Shown here: positions 61,600-64,000 of the stretch, piece after piece | How positions within the stretch are numbered: the first letter of the stretch is position 1 | Layout: each line of letters starts with the position of its first letter | DNA from: Mobula birostris | Lineage: Eukaryota | DNA length: 64,000 bases | Assembly: GCF_030028105.1 (NCBI RefSeq) | Contig: NC_092374.1 | Span: forward strand, 178,646,057 to 178,710,056 | Reading direction: 5' to 3' | The notes under the pieces: generated by a model | The model's database searches: none | Seen by the model: only the letters and a program-made list of their open reading frames with translations | What the model was told of the DNA's origin: nothing | Position numbers and translations under genes: made by a program

Positions 61600-62050
61600 A
61601 AAGTCATGGCCATACAGCATGAAACAGGCCATTCAGTCCATCATGTCCATGTCAACCAGTGAGTGCCCTTCCTTATTAAACTAATCTTCCAACAATTGTT
61701 CCTTTGTCTTCTACAGCTGGGAGATTCAAGTGTTTGTCCAGACACAACTTCAATGATTCTGCTTCCACAACTAACTGGCAATATGTTCCAGATACCGCTC
61801 TCTGGATGAAAAGGTTTTTATCTGAATCTTTTCCCTATCACCCAAGTCGATTACCTCTATAAATACCTGTGACGCAAGGAGTAGAGTCTTGTACTCGATC
61901 TATACTCAATGTAATTTCAGGACCCCTCTAAACAGCCTCTGTCCCGGGGAGAACAAACCCAGCCTCTCCAGCCTCTTCTCATAAATCAAACATTCTAGGA
62001 GCATCTCTTCTCCATCCACTATACTCTTCGCACATCCTTCTTGTAGTGTG
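61600..62050 (-). mobile_element. Old CR1 3' fragment
   Basis: LIYEKRLERLGLFS...RG remnant (ORF 61906..62088) and 3' UTR hairpin. Confidence 0.65.
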
Positions 62051-62168
62051 CAACCGCACGCAGACTCCAACTGAGTGGGAGAACTCAAGAGGGAGGAGAG
62101 GGCACATAGTGTAGTCGACAGGGTATGAGGGAGAGAAGGGATGCATGAAGGAACGTGGGAGAGCGTAC

Positions 62169-62188
62169 GGGGTGGGGAAGGGTTGGGG
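62169..62188 (+). other. G-quadruplex-forming motif
   Basis: GGGG-T-GGGG-AA-GGG-TT-GGGG in a CpG-rich tract about 1 kb upstream of gene 2. Confidence 0.5.
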
Positions 62189-62619
62189 AAAGCGTGCGGG
62201 GTTAGAGAGCGCTTGGGCGGGACGGGAGCGCGTGCACGAATGAAGAACGCGCACGTAGGAAAAGGACAGGGTGGGGTGTAAGCAAGTGAGGAAGTGGGAG
62301 TTGGGAGAGGGATAGGTGCAGCTTGGGGAGCAATGAGTTTGCAAGGAAGTCCGCACTGGCGTCTGGCAGTGTATTGTACAGAAGTGTAATCCTAATTGTC
62401 TCGGAGCGAGGGCGCAAGAGACGAGATCCGGAGAATCGAGTGCACAGAGACACGTGAATAAGCAGTCGCTAGAATTTAGAGCAGAAACCAAAATTCTGGA
62501 GGATCTCGTGTGGAGGGAAGTGGTCAGTTGACGTTTTCGAATCTTATCTCTACTCTCAGCCCTTTACTTAGCCGGCTACCTGCCCTTCACCCTTCCAGTC
62601 TGGATGAAGTACTTTGACC

Positions 62620-63159
62620 CAAAACGTCGTCTGTGCATTTCCCTCCAGAGATGCTGCCTGACCCGCTGAGTTCTTGCATCAGTTTTGTTTTACAGCAGGG
62701 ATTCCCAGCCTGGGATCCATGGCCCCCTTGCTTAATTATATTGGTCGATGGAATTAAAAAAGATTGGGAACCCCTGTTTTATACAGCGGCTGGAGACGGT
62801 TTGTGGTGAACATCTCCTGGGAGGGTCCTGGAAATCTGCCCAGAGATGTGTCAGTGACTGGGTGTTGCTGCCTGCGCCTCTCTGTGCCCACATCCTTACT
62901 GGAAGTGGTTCGGCTCCGCACCCTCCACTGCACATCCTGTGCCAGGCCGGCAGTCTACCGCCCCGCCTCCCACTCTCCACACTCCAGAGCAGCGGCGGGC
63001 TGGTTATTTCTGCAGGAAGATTTTTAGTTACAGGAGTTCTTACTGGCTGCTCCTTGTAGCGGGCACTATTTACCCCCGAACTGCCTCCGTGAATCGTATC
63101 TGCGCCCTCAGCAGTTCATTGGCCAACGAGTAGATTTGTCGAGGTGAGGAGACATCGCA
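62620..63159 (+). promoter_or_regulatory. Promoter / 5' UTR of gene 2
   Basis: Aligns with 8149-8490 (minus); ACTGGAAGTGGTT at 62898-62910; GC-box-like CCCCGCCTCC. Confidence 0.65.
62696..62776. mobile_element. 81-bp hAT-type MITE
   Basis: TIRs CAGGGATTCCCAGCCT / AGATTGGGAACCCCTG (13/16); flanks ttttacag and tttta(ta)cag; absent from the paralogous promoter. Confidence 0.7.
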
Positions 63160-63235
63160 ATGGAGAGTTGGAACGGACCGGGATCGCTCCTTTTCACCAT
63201 ATTGTCTCTTTGCTCAGTTGCGGGAAGCCAGGCAG
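63160..63235 (+). CDS. Gene 2, coding exon 1: signal peptide MESWNGPGSLLFTILSLCSVAGSQA
   Basis: gcaATGG start, 76 nt, donor CAG|GTAAG; 20/25 aa identical to gene 1 exon 1. Confidence 0.85.
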
Positions 63236-63609
63236 GTAAGGCGAGGGTGCGTGATGATTTTAAAGGTCTGGAGTTGCGTTTTGGAAACTCACCCCTAATC
63301 TTCTAGAGATCCCAGACGTGCCCCCATTAGAATGGAGAACTGGTGCATCGCATTCATGTGTCCTACAGAGGAAATCCAAGATGCTGGGGAATTTCTGGAG
63401 TCTGTAAGTTCGGGATAAAATTATCACTGAAAATGTTCAAGTGGCGTTTGAGATCTGTCGCGGGTTCCAAAAGATCTTTTTTCTCTGTGAAGTTTAATGG
63501 CAGTAGGCAGGCCAACATAAGGTGCATTACCGCCACCAACTGAGTTGGAGTGTGGAGTGAAGAGACAGGAATTATATTCACGAAATCACACCCCCCACCC
63601 CGCCACCCC

Positions 63610-63610
<1 letters not shown>

Positions 63611-63672
<62 letters not shown>
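63611..63672. repeat. (AC)31 microsatellite in intron 1 of gene 2
   Basis: Perfect dinucleotide run. Confidence 0.98.
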
Positions 63673-63673
<1 letters not shown>

Positions 63674-64000
63674 ATCACCAAGAAAACCTCAAGTAATATC
63701 AAAAAGTCTGATGCTCATCACAATGAAAGTCAATGCTCACCTAAACACATTAGATGGCAGTGGTATCCTAACAAACTTTCCATGTTTACCTGTGTGCCAA
63801 AGATCGCAATTTAGCAATGAGAAGTTTCCTTTCCACCTCTTAGGAACTGCATTCAAACAATATATGCTGCACTGTTTCTTGACAAATACACTCACTGCAG
63901 ATGCCAACATCATGCACATTAATCAACTTAGTATGTCCAATATGTAAATGTATAAGACTTCTCTCCTTTTATATCTATCTCCTAGTTGAGTTCCCACCAT

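Noticed and set aside
63363-63814. ORFs with poly-VC or poly-HT
   Set aside because: Translations of the (AC)n microsatellite.

Overview
Eukaryotic, repeat-dominated DNA. The TE complement (young CR1 LINEs with SGNH-esterase ORF1, fish-type L1, Rex1-like LINEs, Penelope elements with GIY-YIG, Ty3/Gypsy remnants, V-SINE/HE1-like and Deu-domain SINEs) points to a cartilaginous fish, probably a ray; this is inferred from repeat families only. No prokaryotic operon, rRNA, tRNA gene or CRISPR array was found. Almost every long ORF in the track is TE-derived or an antisense shadow of one. The main host signal is too short for the ORF track: two paralogous 76-nt signal-peptide first exons, MESWSGPVSLLVTALSLCSVAGQQA (8148-8073, minus) and MESWNGPGSLLFTILSLCSVAGSQA (63160-63235, plus). 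They point away from each other about 55 kb apart, and their promoters and early first introns still align. The minus-strand copy has a canonical NF-kB site in intron 1 and a disrupted candidate exon 2 that may be Ig-like. I could not identify the gene family. Other clear structures are a four-level nested insertion (Penelope < full-length L1 < solo LTR < CR1) with readable target-site duplications, and a Gypsy LTR-PBS-gag whose Gag is PNMA-like. Boundaries of degenerate repeats are approximate and all alignments were done by eye.
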